Positions 1-9,167 of a stretch of 64,000 bases of DNA are shown one piece after another (the stretch's first letter is position 1; each line of letters begins with the position of its first letter). The DNA is taken from the NCBI GenBank assembly GCA_965228895.1, contig OZ245842.1, positions 768,001 through 832,000 of the forward strand, given 5' to 3'. The notes below the pieces were generated by a model. That model made no database searches. It was not told the origin of the DNA and saw only the letters and a program-made list of their open reading frames with translations. A program made the translations under genes and the position numbers. The DNA is from Alphaproteobacteria bacterium. GTDB taxonomy: Bacteria > Pseudomonadota > Alphaproteobacteria > SP197.

Positions 1-294
1 CAGCTTGCTGATGTGGGGATACTCCATCATCGTGCGGCCCAGGCTGTCCCAGGCGCCGCGCGCGATCCCTTGAAGCTCAGGCTCGGCCTTCTCCGGATAG
101 GCGGCCCGTAGATTGGTCATCGCCGTTCGATGGGGTTTGAGACGCGGCCCGAAGGTGCGTGTGATGAACCCGCCCAGGTTGGCCGCGGTATCGGGCCCGA
201 TCAGCCGAACGAACGCAAAGAGAGTACGCGCCACACCCAACATGGCGGCTGCGCGAAGGCGTGCGCCGATTCCGTCTCGGCGTGACCGCGCCAT
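1..294 (-). CDS. lpxXL: Lipid A very-long-chain acyltransferase LpxXL (N-terminal part; truncated by window edge)
   Basis: Translated by hand from ATG at 294: MARSRRDG...LIGPDTAANLGGFITRTFGPRLKPHRTAMTNLRAAYPEKAEPELQGIARGAWDSLGRTMMEYPHISKL. This is an HtrB/LpxL-family N-terminus, and it is the last gene of the acpXL cluster. Confidence 0.85.
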   Translation of the reverse strand, partial: MARSRRDGIGARLRAAAMLGVARTLFAFVRLIGPDTAANLGGFITRTFGPRLKPHRTAMTNLRAAYPEKAEPELQGIARGAWDSLGRTMMEYPHISKL

Positions 295-310
295 TACCGG
301 TGCCGCCGGA

Positions 311-1333
311 TCAGAGAAGCACCACGACCTTGCCGAACACCTTGCGTCCCTCAAGACGGGCGAGACCCTCCTCGAAGCGATCGATCGGCAAGACGGTATC
401 AATCACCGGCGTCAAACCGCCGGCGATGCGGGCAAGCGACTGTTCGATGTTGCGGATCGAACAGCCGAACGAGCCGAAGATGCGGTACTGCTGCTGGAAC
501 AGTTGCATAAGGTTCAAGGTCGTCGAAATGCCGCTGGTGGCGCCGCAGGTGACGAGGCGGCCGCCGCGTTTCAGGCATAGCAGCGACCCGTTCCAGGTAT
601 CCGCACCGACATGCTCGAAGACGACATCGACGCCCTTGCGCTTGGTCAGCTTGCGCACGACGCCTTCGAACCGGTCGTCGCGGTAGTTGATGACGTGGTC
701 GGCGCCGAGCGCCCTAGCCTTTTCGGCCTTTTCCTCCGACCCGACGGTCGTATAGACCGTGCAACCCAGATCCTTGGCCATCTTGATTGCCGTGCTGCCG
801 ATGCCGGAACCGCCGGCGTGAACCAAGATGGACTCACCCGGCTCGAGCTTCGCGTTGTCGAACAGCATGTGCTGGACCGTGCCGACACCGATCGGTGCGC
901 ACGCCGCATCTTCCAGGCTGACGCCGTCGGGCACGGGAACCACCAGCCGCTCCAGCCGGTTGACCACATCGCGGGCGAAACCATCGATGTGGAAGCCCAT
1001 GATGCCGGCAACGTCCTCGCACAGGTTGTCGCGGCCTTCCTTGCAGGCGCGGCAGACACCGCAGGTGTTGGCGCCGTACATAGTGACCATCTGACCGGGC
1101 TTGAAGCGTGTTGTCGCCTCGCCACAGGCAATGACTTCGCCGGCGGCTTCAACACCAATAATCAGCGGCAACTTGCGTTTGGCAAACGCCATGCCGCGAT
1201 AGCCCCACACATCCAGATAGTTCAGCGCGATGGCGCGTACCTGAACCTGAATCTCGTCCGGCCCTGGTTCGCTGGGCGGGTCTATCTCTTCCAGGCGAAC
1301 ATCGCGGTCGCCATGCAATACCAGTGCGCGCAT
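311..1333 (-). CDS. Zinc-binding MDR oxidoreductase of the VLCFA cluster (AdhA2XL-like)
   Basis: Structural Zn motif CxxCxxC...C (CGVCRACKEGRDNLC), NAD(P)-binding motif HAGGSGIG, C-terminal GKVV; position just before lpxXL. Confidence 0.85.
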   Translation of the reverse strand: MRALVLHGDRDVRLEEIDPPSEPGPDEIQVQVRAIALNYLDVWGYRGMAFAKRKLPLIIGVEAAGEVIACGEATTRFKPGQMVTMYGANTCGVCRACKEGRDNLCEDVAGIMGFHIDGFARDVVNRLERLVVPVPDGVSLEDAACAPIGVGTVQHMLFDNAKLEPGESILVHAGGSGIGSTAIKMAKDLGCTVYTTVGSEEKAEKARALGADHVINYRDDRFEGVVRKLTKRKGVDVVFEHVGADTWNGSLLCLKRGGRLVTCGATSGISTTLNLMQLFQQQYRIFGSFGCSIRNIEQSLARIAGGLTPVIDTVLPIDRFEEGLARLEGRKVFGKVVVLL

Positions 1334-1396
1334 CGTGGCGTTTGAATCCTTTCCGGTACGGCGTGCCGGCGCAAGACCGGATGCCGTCAGATCGCG

Positions 1397-2155
1397 TTAG
1401 CGGTGAATGCCCAGATGCGCCGTCAGGCCGCCATCAATCGGCAGCACGGCGCCGGTGATGTAGGCCGCTTGTTCGCCCATCAGAAACGCGGCGAGCGCCG
1501 CGACTTCATGGGCCTGGGCAAACCGGCCGACCGGGATCTGTTCTTCCATCCGCTCCCGGTAGTCCGCATAGGGGGCCAGCATGGCGGTGTCAATGAAACC
1601 GGGCGCCACCACGTTCACCGTCACCCCACGCTTGGCCGCCTCGACGGCCAGCACCCGGCAATAGGACGTGAGCGCGCCCTTCGACGCGGCATAGGCGGCG
1701 TTGCCGGCGCTACCGCGAAGCGCGGCGACGGAACTGATGGCGACGATCCGACCGTTTCTGGCGCGCATCATGCCGCGGCTGACGCCCTTGGCGAGGCGGG
1801 TGAAGGACCAGAAGTTGACCTGCATGACCGCCTCGGCCTTATCCTGCGCCATCATGGCTGTCAGCGCGTCATAGGACTGGCCGGCATTGTGGACGAGGCC
1901 ATAGGGCGGGTCTTCCGCAAGGCTGTCGGCAAACGTCTCGACCGCCGCTTGATCGGAGAGATCAACCTGGATCGACGTGATCTGGCGGTCCGGATGGTCC
2001 GCCTTCATGGCCTTGATGTGTTCGGCTGCTTCGTCAGCGGACGAACGGTACGTAAAGTCGATGTCGAAACCTTGCGCGGCAAGCGCGGAGACAATCTCCG
2101 CGCCGAGCCCTTTGCCACCGCCGGTGACGAGGACGCGTTTGGCTTCCGCTGTCAT
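1397..2155 (-). CDS. SDR family 3-oxoacyl-ACP reductase (FabG-like)
   Basis: TGGGKGLG, NAG, YAASK, VAPGFIDT and IDGG motifs; overlaps the fabF1XL stop. Confidence 0.85.
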   Translation of the reverse strand: MTAEAKRVLVTGGGKGLGAEIVSALAAQGFDIDFTYRSSADEAAEHIKAMKADHPDRQITSIQVDLSDQAAVETFADSLAEDPPYGLVHNAGQSYDALTAMMAQDKAEAVMQVNFWSFTRLAKGVSRGMMRARNGRIVAISSVAALRGSAGNAAYAASKGALTSYCRVLAVEAAKRGVTVNVVAPGFIDTAMLAPYADYRERMEEQIPVGRFAQAHEVAALAAFLMGEQAAYITGAVLPIDGGLTAHLGIHR

Positions 2156-3435
2156 TGAGGCTCCGCCGCGAACACCAGACAGGTGTTCTGGCCGCCAAAG
2201 CCGAATGAGTTGGACAGCACACGTTCGACCTTCGCATCGCGAGCGGTGTTCGGCACGACGTCGAGTTCAATGGCCGGATCCGGTGTCACATAGTTGATCG
2301 TCGGCGGCAGCCGCTGCTCCAAAATGGTCATCAACGAGAACACGCCCTCGACCGCGCCGGCCGCGGTCAGCGTATGGCCGACCATCGACTTGTTCGACGA
2401 GATCGGCAGCTGCTTCATGCGGTCGCCGAAGACCTCCATGCAGCTCATGCACTCCATCTTGTCGTTTTCCGGCGTCGAGGTGCCGTGCGCGTTGATGTAG
2501 TCGATATCGTCCGGCGACAAACCGGCGTCGTCGATCGCCTCCTGCATGGCGCGCATGGCGGGACGCCCGTCCGGGCTGGAGCGGGTGCGGTGGAAACCGT
2601 CGCCCTTTTCGCCGCAGCCGCTGACAACCGCCAGGATCTTGGCGCCGCGTGCACGGGCGTGATCATAGTCTTCCAGTACCAACGCGCCGGCGCCTTCGCC
2701 CATGACGAAACCGTCCCGGTCCTTGGAGAACGGTCGGGCGGCTTCTTCCGGCGGATCGTTGCGGACCGTCAGCGCCGACAACAGCGAAAAGCGGACAAGC
2801 GCCTCGACCTGGACGGAACCGTCGGTACCGATGGCCAGCGCCGCCTGGGTCTCGCCGCGCCGGATTTCCTCGACGGCGATCTGGATGGCGGTCGCGCCTG
2901 ATGAGCAGGCGGTCGATAGCGAAATCGGCGAACCTTTGGTGCCGAACCTGTCGGCCGTGCGCGCGGCAACGCCGGCAAACAGAAACAGCTCGTGATAGTC
3001 CTTGTGTTCGTGTTTCGCCGCGGTCGCCAGCAGATCGTCGTAGACAACGGTCTCCAGGCCTGATTCCTCGGCCAACCCAATCCGCTGCGGCCATTCCAGT
3101 TCCAGCGGCGGCACCGCCATGACCAGAGGACCGGGAAAATCGCCCGTCGTGCCAATGCCGCTCTGCGCGATCGCCTCTTCTGCGGCGATGGCCGCCAGGC
3201 GTTCGGAGAGTTCCGGCGACGTGAACGGCGCGTCGACCGCGTAGTCGACGGTGCCGCCGATCGTGGTCTTGAGGCCCTCGGTCGGAAAACGCGTGATGGC
3301 ATGCACGCCCGACTTGCCGGCGGTGAGGGCTTGCCAGTTATCGTCCTTGCCTTGGCCGAGGGACGTGATGATGCCGAAACCGGTTACGGCGACCACGGGG
3401 CGTCCGAGATGATCGCGCGTGCTGCTGCTCGTCAT
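2152..3435 (-). CDS. fabF1XL: Beta-ketoacyl-ACP synthase (FabF1XL)
   Basis: Catalytic TACSSG, NAHGTST, KSMVGHT and SNSFGFGG motifs; acpXL cluster context. Confidence 0.9.
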   Translation of the reverse strand: MTSSSTRDHLGRPVVAVTGFGIITSLGQGKDDNWQALTAGKSGVHAITRFPTEGLKTTIGGTVDYAVDAPFTSPELSERLAAIAAEEAIAQSGIGTTGDFPGPLVMAVPPLELEWPQRIGLAEESGLETVVYDDLLATAAKHEHKDYHELFLFAGVAARTADRFGTKGSPISLSTACSSGATAIQIAVEEIRRGETQAALAIGTDGSVQVEALVRFSLLSALTVRNDPPEEAARPFSKDRDGFVMGEGAGALVLEDYDHARARGAKILAVVSGCGEKGDGFHRTRSSPDGRPAMRAMQEAIDDAGLSPDDIDYINAHGTSTPENDKMECMSCMEVFGDRMKQLPISSNKSMVGHTLTAAGAVEGVFSLMTILEQRLPPTINYVTPDPAIELDVVPNTARDAKVERVLSNSFGFGGQNTCLVFAAEPQ

Positions 3436-4586
3436 GTCGTGTCTCCTTTGCCGGGTGACAGGATGCGCGCTGCACCTTCGCCACGCCAGTGGGATGCACC
3501 AGTGATCAGCACGTCGGCGCTCTTGCCTGCGCCAACGAATGCTGCCGCGAACGCAACCGCCGCCGGAAAAGCCGCCTCCAGACTGTGGCCGACCAGGTCG
3601 CCGACTGCGGTGACGTTGGCGTCCGGCACGGCGGTCGTTGCCGCCGCCCGTTCTTCTTCGGTCCAGGGCGCGACACCGCTTGCCGCCGAGATCACCTGAG
3701 TCTCATCGCTGTAGGGCCCGAGTTTAGCAATCAGGTCATCCATCGTGGCCTTTACCTCGCCGGGCTCGCGCCGCGCCCAGCCGGAGGCCACGCCGGCAAT
3801 TTCGGCCATGACATTCGCCCCGCGCGCCGTTGCGGTATCGCCCGCTTCGAGCACCACAAAGGCGCCGACGCTACCCATGATCATGCCTTCGCGCGCGTTG
3901 GAGAACACCGGTTCGAAGTCGCCCTTGTGGACATAGCCGGCGAATTCCAGCAACAGCAGCATGTCGCGGCGGCTGGCGTTATAGGCGCCGCCGACCAGGA
4001 TGGCGTCGCATTGGCCAAAGGCGATACGGTCGACCGCGTCACGCATGGCATCGACGCCGGCCTGTTCTTCGCCCATGAACGTCCGCGATCCGCCGGTCAC
4101 GCCATGCACGATGGAGATGTTGCCGGCCAAGAGGTTGGAGAGTTGCGCCAGGAACATGGTCGGGCGCAGGTCGTTCATCAGATGTTCGTTCAGATAGGCG
4201 GCCTTGTCCTCGACGGTGCGAATCTCCGTTGCGATCGCCGCATCGACCTCATGATCGCGCTCGCCGCCGCCGGCGGCGACCAACACCTCAAGCACGTCCT
4301 TGGCTGCCTCGTCGTCTTTCAGGCCCGCCGAGTCCAAGGCCAGACCGGCGGCATAGACGCCGAGCCGTTGCCAAGCTTCCATCTGACGCTGGTCGCTGCG
4401 CTTGGGGATCTGTAGCGAAAGATCCAGCTCCACGAGGGGGTGGATGGGGTAGGGCGCAAAACCTTCCGTATCGACATGGGGCGCGACATCGCCGTCAAGA
4501 GCCGCCAGGTGTGGTTCAAGCCCTTCACCCAGGCTCGACACCAGGCCGATGCCCGTGATCGCGACCTTTCGTCTCGTCTCCGTCAC
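3432..4586 (-). CDS. fabF2XL: Beta-ketoacyl-ACP synthase-like protein (FabF2XL) lacking the catalytic Cys
   Basis: N-terminal VAITGIGLVSSLG; RTFMGEEQAG at the position where catalytic KS enzymes have TACxS; cluster context. Confidence 0.85.
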   Translation of the reverse strand: MTETRRKVAITGIGLVSSLGEGLEPHLAALDGDVAPHVDTEGFAPYPIHPLVELDLSLQIPKRSDQRQMEAWQRLGVYAAGLALDSAGLKDDEAAKDVLEVLVAAGGGERDHEVDAAIATEIRTVEDKAAYLNEHLMNDLRPTMFLAQLSNLLAGNISIVHGVTGGSRTFMGEEQAGVDAMRDAVDRIAFGQCDAILVGGAYNASRRDMLLLLEFAGYVHKGDFEPVFSNAREGMIMGSVGAFVVLEAGDTATARGANVMAEIAGVASGWARREPGEVKATMDDLIAKLGPYSDETQVISAASGVAPWTEEERAAATTAVPDANVTAVGDLVGHSLEAAFPAAVAFAAAFVGAGKSADVLITGASHWRGEGAARILSPGKGDTT

Positions 4587-5056
4587 GCATGGCCTCCATC
4601 GGTAAGGACATCCAGCCCGATCGCCTGGGACCGCGCATTCATCAGATCGGCCAGCTCGGCCGGAAACGGCATCAGGCGAAACCGCAGCTCGCCGTTACAG
4701 ATCGCCTTGCCGTCGCTTCTGATGTTGGCGCGGGTAGAGGCATAGCCGGACCCCTCGATGTCAAACTCGGCCTCTGTCTCGAGCGTCGCGCCGGGCTCGA
4801 CGAAGGTCCGGAACCGCGCGCTGTCGACCGCCATCAGGAACGGCATCTTTGTGAACCCGTTGAGTGCCAGTACCAGATACCCCGATGCCTGCGCCATGGT
4901 TTCGGTCAGAAGCACGCCGGGAACAAGCGGATAGCCGGGAAAGTGCCCCTCGAACACCGGACTCTCCATCGGTACCGTGGATGTCGCCGCCAACGTCTTC
5001 GACCCCGCATCATAGGCCGTGACGCGATCGATCATGTCGAAATATTCGAGCCGCAT
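4583..5056 (-). CDS. fabZXL: 3-hydroxyacyl-ACP dehydratase (FabZXL)
   Basis: FEGHFPGYPLVPGVLLTETMAQ is the FabA/FabZ signature. Confidence 0.9.
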   Translation of the reverse strand: MRLEYFDMIDRVTAYDAGSKTLAATSTVPMESPVFEGHFPGYPLVPGVLLTETMAQASGYLVLALNGFTKMPFLMAVDSARFRTFVEPGATLETEAEFDIEGSGYASTRANIRSDGKAICNGELRFRLMPFPAELADLMNARSQAIGLDVLTDGGHA

Positions 5057-5114
5057 GGCGCCTTTCGCTCTTCACCGCCCGGGCGGTGCAGCCCGCCAAG
5101 GGAAATCGGCGGCC

Positions 5115-5396
5115 TCAGGCCGGTTTTGCCGCAACGAACTCGTCGATATGACGGCACAGATTGCCGAGGACGAAGTACTCCTCGGCGGGGGTGTTCCCTT
5201 CGTTGACCTCCTCGGTCCACTGTTCAAGCGGCAGCTTGATGCCGAAGGCCTTATCAATGGCGAAGGCCACGTCGAGAAAATCGAGTGAATCAATTTCCAG
5301 GTCGTCGATCGCATGGCTGTCGGGCGTAATGTCCTCAAGCGGCAGATCGCAGGTCTCGGAAATGATTTGGGCAACGGTGTCGAACGTTGACGACAA
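5115..5396 (-). CDS. acpXL: Specialised acyl carrier protein AcpXL
   Basis: [13 protein letters not shown] phosphopantetheine site plus the AcpXL-specific [17 protein letters not shown]...[10 protein letters not shown]; TTG start. Confidence 0.93.
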   Translation of the reverse strand: MSSTFDTVAQIISETCDLPLEDITPDSHAIDDLEIDSLDFLDVAFAIDKAFGIKLPLEQWTEEVNEGNTPAEEYFVLGNLCRHIDEFVAAKPA

Positions 5397-5764
5397 GGCT
5401 GGGCTCCATCGTGCTCAAAGGAGGCGACCCGTAGAGCCGCACGCGCACTTAACCATGAGAATACAAAGGGTTTGTACACGCCCGCTCAGGCAGGATCAAT
5501 CGGCGATCACGCGCTTGTGGGTGGTGAAAGGAATGCCAGTCTTTTGAGGTAGTTAGGGCTAGACAGGGCGCGTCATGGGCAAATGGCCGAGCGGACGGGG
5601 TACCGGTGAATCAAACGCTCAATGACAACGTTCTGACTTGATCAGCGTTTGGGGCAAAGAACATTCACCTGTGCAACCTATGGGCGATTTTGAATATCTG
5701 CCTTGCGCCGTTGCTGCCCAGACCGTTTCCTGGCTCCGACAGGGCATAGGAGAGAAGGTGCGAC

Positions 5765-7390
5765 ATGGGCTTAACGACAAGACCGGCATCGTGCGGTTCA
5801 TTGGCAAGTCGGATCCTCACGAACGTCTACGAAAGCGCCAGCAACGACCAGGAGGTCGTGCAGGTCTGGGGCTACACTGACCGTCTGAGTTACCAGCCGG
5901 GTGACCGGCTTGGCCTGCATCTCAACACGTCCGCGTCCGAACTGAAGCTCGAGATCTTGCGTGACGGTGCAACACTGGTTCCCGTTCATGGCGCGACCGT
6001 TGAGGGCCGTTTCCACGAGACGCCGGACGATTGTTCCGTAAAGGGCTGTGATTGGCCGGTCGGTTATGACTTCGTGGTCCCCGATGACTGGCCGTCAGGT
6101 GGTTACCGCATTCGGATGACCGCCAGCGGCAGCGGCAAGACGGTGTCGAGCGACCATTGGTTCGCGTTGCGCGCCGGGCCGCAGCAGACCCAAGGCGACA
6201 TTCTGCAGATCGCGGCGACCAGCACCTGGCTTGCCTATAACGACTGGGGTGGCTCGAACCACTATGATGGCATTGTCGGTCCCAACGGTGACCAGTTCGC
6301 GACCGAGGTCAGTACCCAGCGGCCGTGGAGCAGGGGGTTCTGCTGGTTGCCCCAAGGCGCGCCGCGCACAACCCACCGCGCCCCGCCCGCGGTCAACACG
6401 GTGCCACGCTATCCGCACCTGGAGTGGGCCTATGCAAACGGCTACAGCAAGAAGTATGCGTCGGCCGGTTGGGCAAGTTATGACCGGCACTTCTGTGGCT
6501 GGGCCGAGCGTCAGGGGTTCACGGTCGACATGGCAACCCAGGCCGATCTGCACTATCGCCCGGAAATCCTCGACGGGTATGCCTGCGTCGTCATCGTCGG
6601 CCATGACGAATACTGGAGCTGGCGAATGCGCGATGCCATCGATGCCTATGTCGAGTCCGGCGGTCATTTCGTTCGGTTCGGCGGCAACTTCCTGTGGCAG
6701 GTCCGGCTCGAAGACGAAGGCCGCAGACAGGTTTGCTATAAGTACCGCGCGCGTGATGAGGATCCGATCCGCGAGACAGCCGACGCGCATCTATTGACCG
6801 GCGCGTGGGAAGATCCGTTGGTCGGCCGTCCCGGCGCAACGACGGTCGGCCTGAACGGGCTACGTGGCATCTACGCGCGTTTCGGCAACTGTGTGCCGCG
6901 CGGTCCCGGCGGTTTTGTCGTCTATCGTCCCGATCACTGGGCCTTCGATGACGCCGACGTCTATTACGGCGACGTGTTGGGCGGGGCGTCCCACGTTTTC
7001 GGCTATGAGGTCGACGGGCTCGATTACACCATGCGCGAAGGCTTGGTGTTTCCCACCGGCCTGGACGGCGCGCCGGACAGCGTCGAGGTGCTCGCGATGT
7101 CGCTCGCAACATGCGTCGAGGACGATCACGGCCATGAGGGATCGGTCTTCTATATCGGCGACATGGACGGTGTGTTCGCCGCCGACATCCTCCATGGCGG
7201 AACGTCGCCGGAGATGGTCGAGCGCACACGGCGTGGATCGGGTATGATTGCCACCATGACCAAGGGCAAAGGCGAGGTCTTCAACGCCGGCACCTGCGAA
7301 TGGGTCAACGGTCTGATCGAACGCGACCCCCAGGTCGAAGCGGTGACACGCAATGTTCTGTCTCGTGCTCTTGGTCAGCGTGCGCCATGA
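5765..7390 (+). CDS. N,N-dimethylformamidase beta (large) subunit family protein
   Basis: WGYTDRLSYQPGD, TWLAYNDWGG, GHDEYWS, FGGNFLWQVR and VFNAGTCEW motifs; purine-rich SD-like GGAGAGAAGG upstream. Confidence 0.85.
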   Translation: MGLTTRPASCGSLASRILTNVYESASNDQEVVQVWGYTDRLSYQPGDRLGLHLNTSASELKLEILRDGATLVPVHGATVEGRFHETPDDCSVKGCDWPVGYDFVVPDDWPSGGYRIRMTASGSGKTVSSDHWFALRAGPQQTQGDILQIAATSTWLAYNDWGGSNHYDGIVGPNGDQFATEVSTQRPWSRGFCWLPQGAPRTTHRAPPAVNTVPRYPHLEWAYANGYSKKYASAGWASYDRHFCGWAERQGFTVDMATQADLHYRPEILDGYACVVIVGHDEYWSWRMRDAIDAYVESGGHFVRFGGNFLWQVRLEDEGRRQVCYKYRARDEDPIRETADAHLLTGAWEDPLVGRPGATTVGLNGLRGIYARFGNCVPRGPGGFVVYRPDHWAFDDADVYYGDVLGGASHVFGYEVDGLDYTMREGLVFPTGLDGAPDSVEVLAMSLATCVEDDHGHEGSVFYIGDMDGVFAADILHGGTSPEMVERTRRGSGMIATMTKGKGEVFNAGTCEWVNGLIERDPQVEAVTRNVLSRALGQRAP

Positions 7391-7462
7391 CGGATTGAAT
7401 GTGGCCGAGAGGCCGCAGGACATGGCAGGCTACACTGGTCTTGGAGAGGCCGATTACGGAGG

Positions 7463-7924
7463 GTGACCTCAGGCAACATGGGCGCCCAACAAACACCGAT
7501 CGATGTGCCTCTGACAGGCGGCTGCCAGTGTGGGGCCATCCGCTATGCGATCGCCGCGCCGCCTGAGAGAGTGCATTTGTGCCACTGCACGAAGTGTCAA
7601 CGGGCCGTCGGCGGCCCGTTCGCAGCGCTTGCTCCGGTCAAGGCCGAGTCGTTGACTTGGACAAAGGGCAAACCTGCGGAGTTCAAGAGCTCCCATGTGG
7701 CGGCGCGCGGCTTTTGTTCGGCGTGCGGCACGCCGCTGTCGTTCCGTTATCTCAATAGCGATTGGATCGATGTGACGATCGGTAGTCTGGACGAACCTGC
7801 CGCCGTTCGGCCGACGCTCAACTATGGCGCCGAAAGTATGCTCCCTTGGTTCGGCGAGCTTCATGCGATGCCATGCCAAGAAACCGAGACCGGTGGTTTG
7901 ACCGGTAAGGAGAAGGTGCCCTGA
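7463..7924 (+). CDS. GFA (CENP-V/glutathione-dependent formaldehyde-activating) family Zn protein
   Basis: GGCQCG, CHCTKCQR and FCSACGTPL cysteine pattern; the start may be ATG 7478. Confidence 0.85.
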   Translation: MTSGNMGAQQTPIDVPLTGGCQCGAIRYAIAAPPERVHLCHCTKCQRAVGGPFAALAPVKAESLTWTKGKPAEFKSSHVAARGFCSACGTPLSFRYLNSDWIDVTIGSLDEPAAVRPTLNYGAESMLPWFGELHAMPCQETETGGLTGKEKVP

Positions 7925-7968
7925 AGAGCCGGCTCTCAGGCGGACACCGCGCTGGCCCGAAAGCGGCC

Positions 7969-9042
7969 ATGCTGGTCGTTCACGTTGTTCTCGCTTCCCT
8001 CCTGCTTTCGGATGCGCGCGCGGAACCTTACACCTGGGACTTGCCGGATTGGCTCGACCCGCCGCCGGTGCCGGCCGCCAACCCGATGTCCGCCGAAAAG
8101 GTCGAGCTTGGGCGCCGGCTCTTTTACGAACTCAATCTGGCCGGTCCAAGCTACATGTCGTGTGCGACATGCCATGATCCGCTGAAGGCGTTCACCGATG
8201 GCCGGCCGGTCGCCATCGGCGTGACCGGCCAGTTTCATCCGCGCTCTACCTTGGCGCTGCAGAACGTCGCCTATTTCACAGTTTTCACCTGGGCGGACCC
8301 GACAACCACGTCGCTGGAAGAACAGATGGTGACGCCGATGTTCGGCCGGCATCCCGAAGAGATGGCGATCAGCGGTTTCGAGGAACGCGTGTTGGACTTT
8401 CTCCAGAACGACCCGGTCTATCCGGGCCTGTTCGATGCGGCGTTCCCTGAAGCGCCGGAGCCCGTTGGCTTCGACTCGATCAGGATGGCCATTGCCGCTT
8501 TCGAGCGCACGCTTGTCTCCGCCGATGCACCGTATGACCGCTATCGCTATGCGAATGACGAGGCGGCCCTGTCAGAGGCGGCCCAGCGCGGCGAAAAGCT
8601 GTTCAACAGCGAGAGAATGGCATGCGGCACCTGCCATACCGGTGTCCATCTGACAGACGCAATACCGGAAGCAAAATTCCACAACACCGGCCTCTACAAT
8701 CTGGATGGGTCCGGCGCGTTGCCGGAGGGCAACCACGGGCTGATCGAACACACCGGCGTGGCTGAGGACATGGGCAAGTTTCGCACGCCGTCACTGCGCA
8801 ATGTCGCGTTGACAGCGCCTTACATGCACGATGGCTCATTGGCGACACTTGATGCGGTGATCGATCATTACGCGGCCGGCGGCGAAGCGGCGCGGACCGG
8901 CGAACGATCGCCGCTGGGGTCGCCCCTGGTGATGGGGTTTTCCATTACGTCTGAAGAAAAGGCCGATTTGATCGCCTTTCTGGAAAGCCTGACCGACCAT
9001 TCCTTCGTCAACAACACGGATCATCACAATCCATTCCGTTGA
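7969..9042 (+). CDS. MbnH-family di-heme cytochrome c peroxidase-like enzyme, exported
   Basis: Signal peptide, WDLP...PPVPAANPMSAEKVELGRRLFY, two CxxCH motifs (CATCH, CGTCH), FHNTGLYN, GKFRTPSLRNVALTAPYMHDG. Confidence 0.85.
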   Translation: MLVVHVVLASLLLSDARAEPYTWDLPDWLDPPPVPAANPMSAEKVELGRRLFYELNLAGPSYMSCATCHDPLKAFTDGRPVAIGVTGQFHPRSTLALQNVAYFTVFTWADPTTTSLEEQMVTPMFGRHPEEMAISGFEERVLDFLQNDPVYPGLFDAAFPEAPEPVGFDSIRMAIAAFERTLVSADAPYDRYRYANDEAALSEAAQRGEKLFNSERMACGTCHTGVHLTDAIPEAKFHNTGLYNLDGSGALPEGNHGLIEHTGVAEDMGKFRTPSLRNVALTAPYMHDGSLATLDAVIDHYAAGGEAARTGERSPLGSPLVMGFSITSEEKADLIAFLESLTDHSFVNNTDHHNPFR

Positions 9043-9167
9043 GCTGGCGGCGGCTCCGGTCGCATGACCTTTGTTCAGACATTTATAGCAATGTACTGCG
9101 GACCCGGGTTGCACCAATGACCAGGATGACGTTGTCTTGCTGCCCGGTTGCCGGAGGATCGTTGAGA

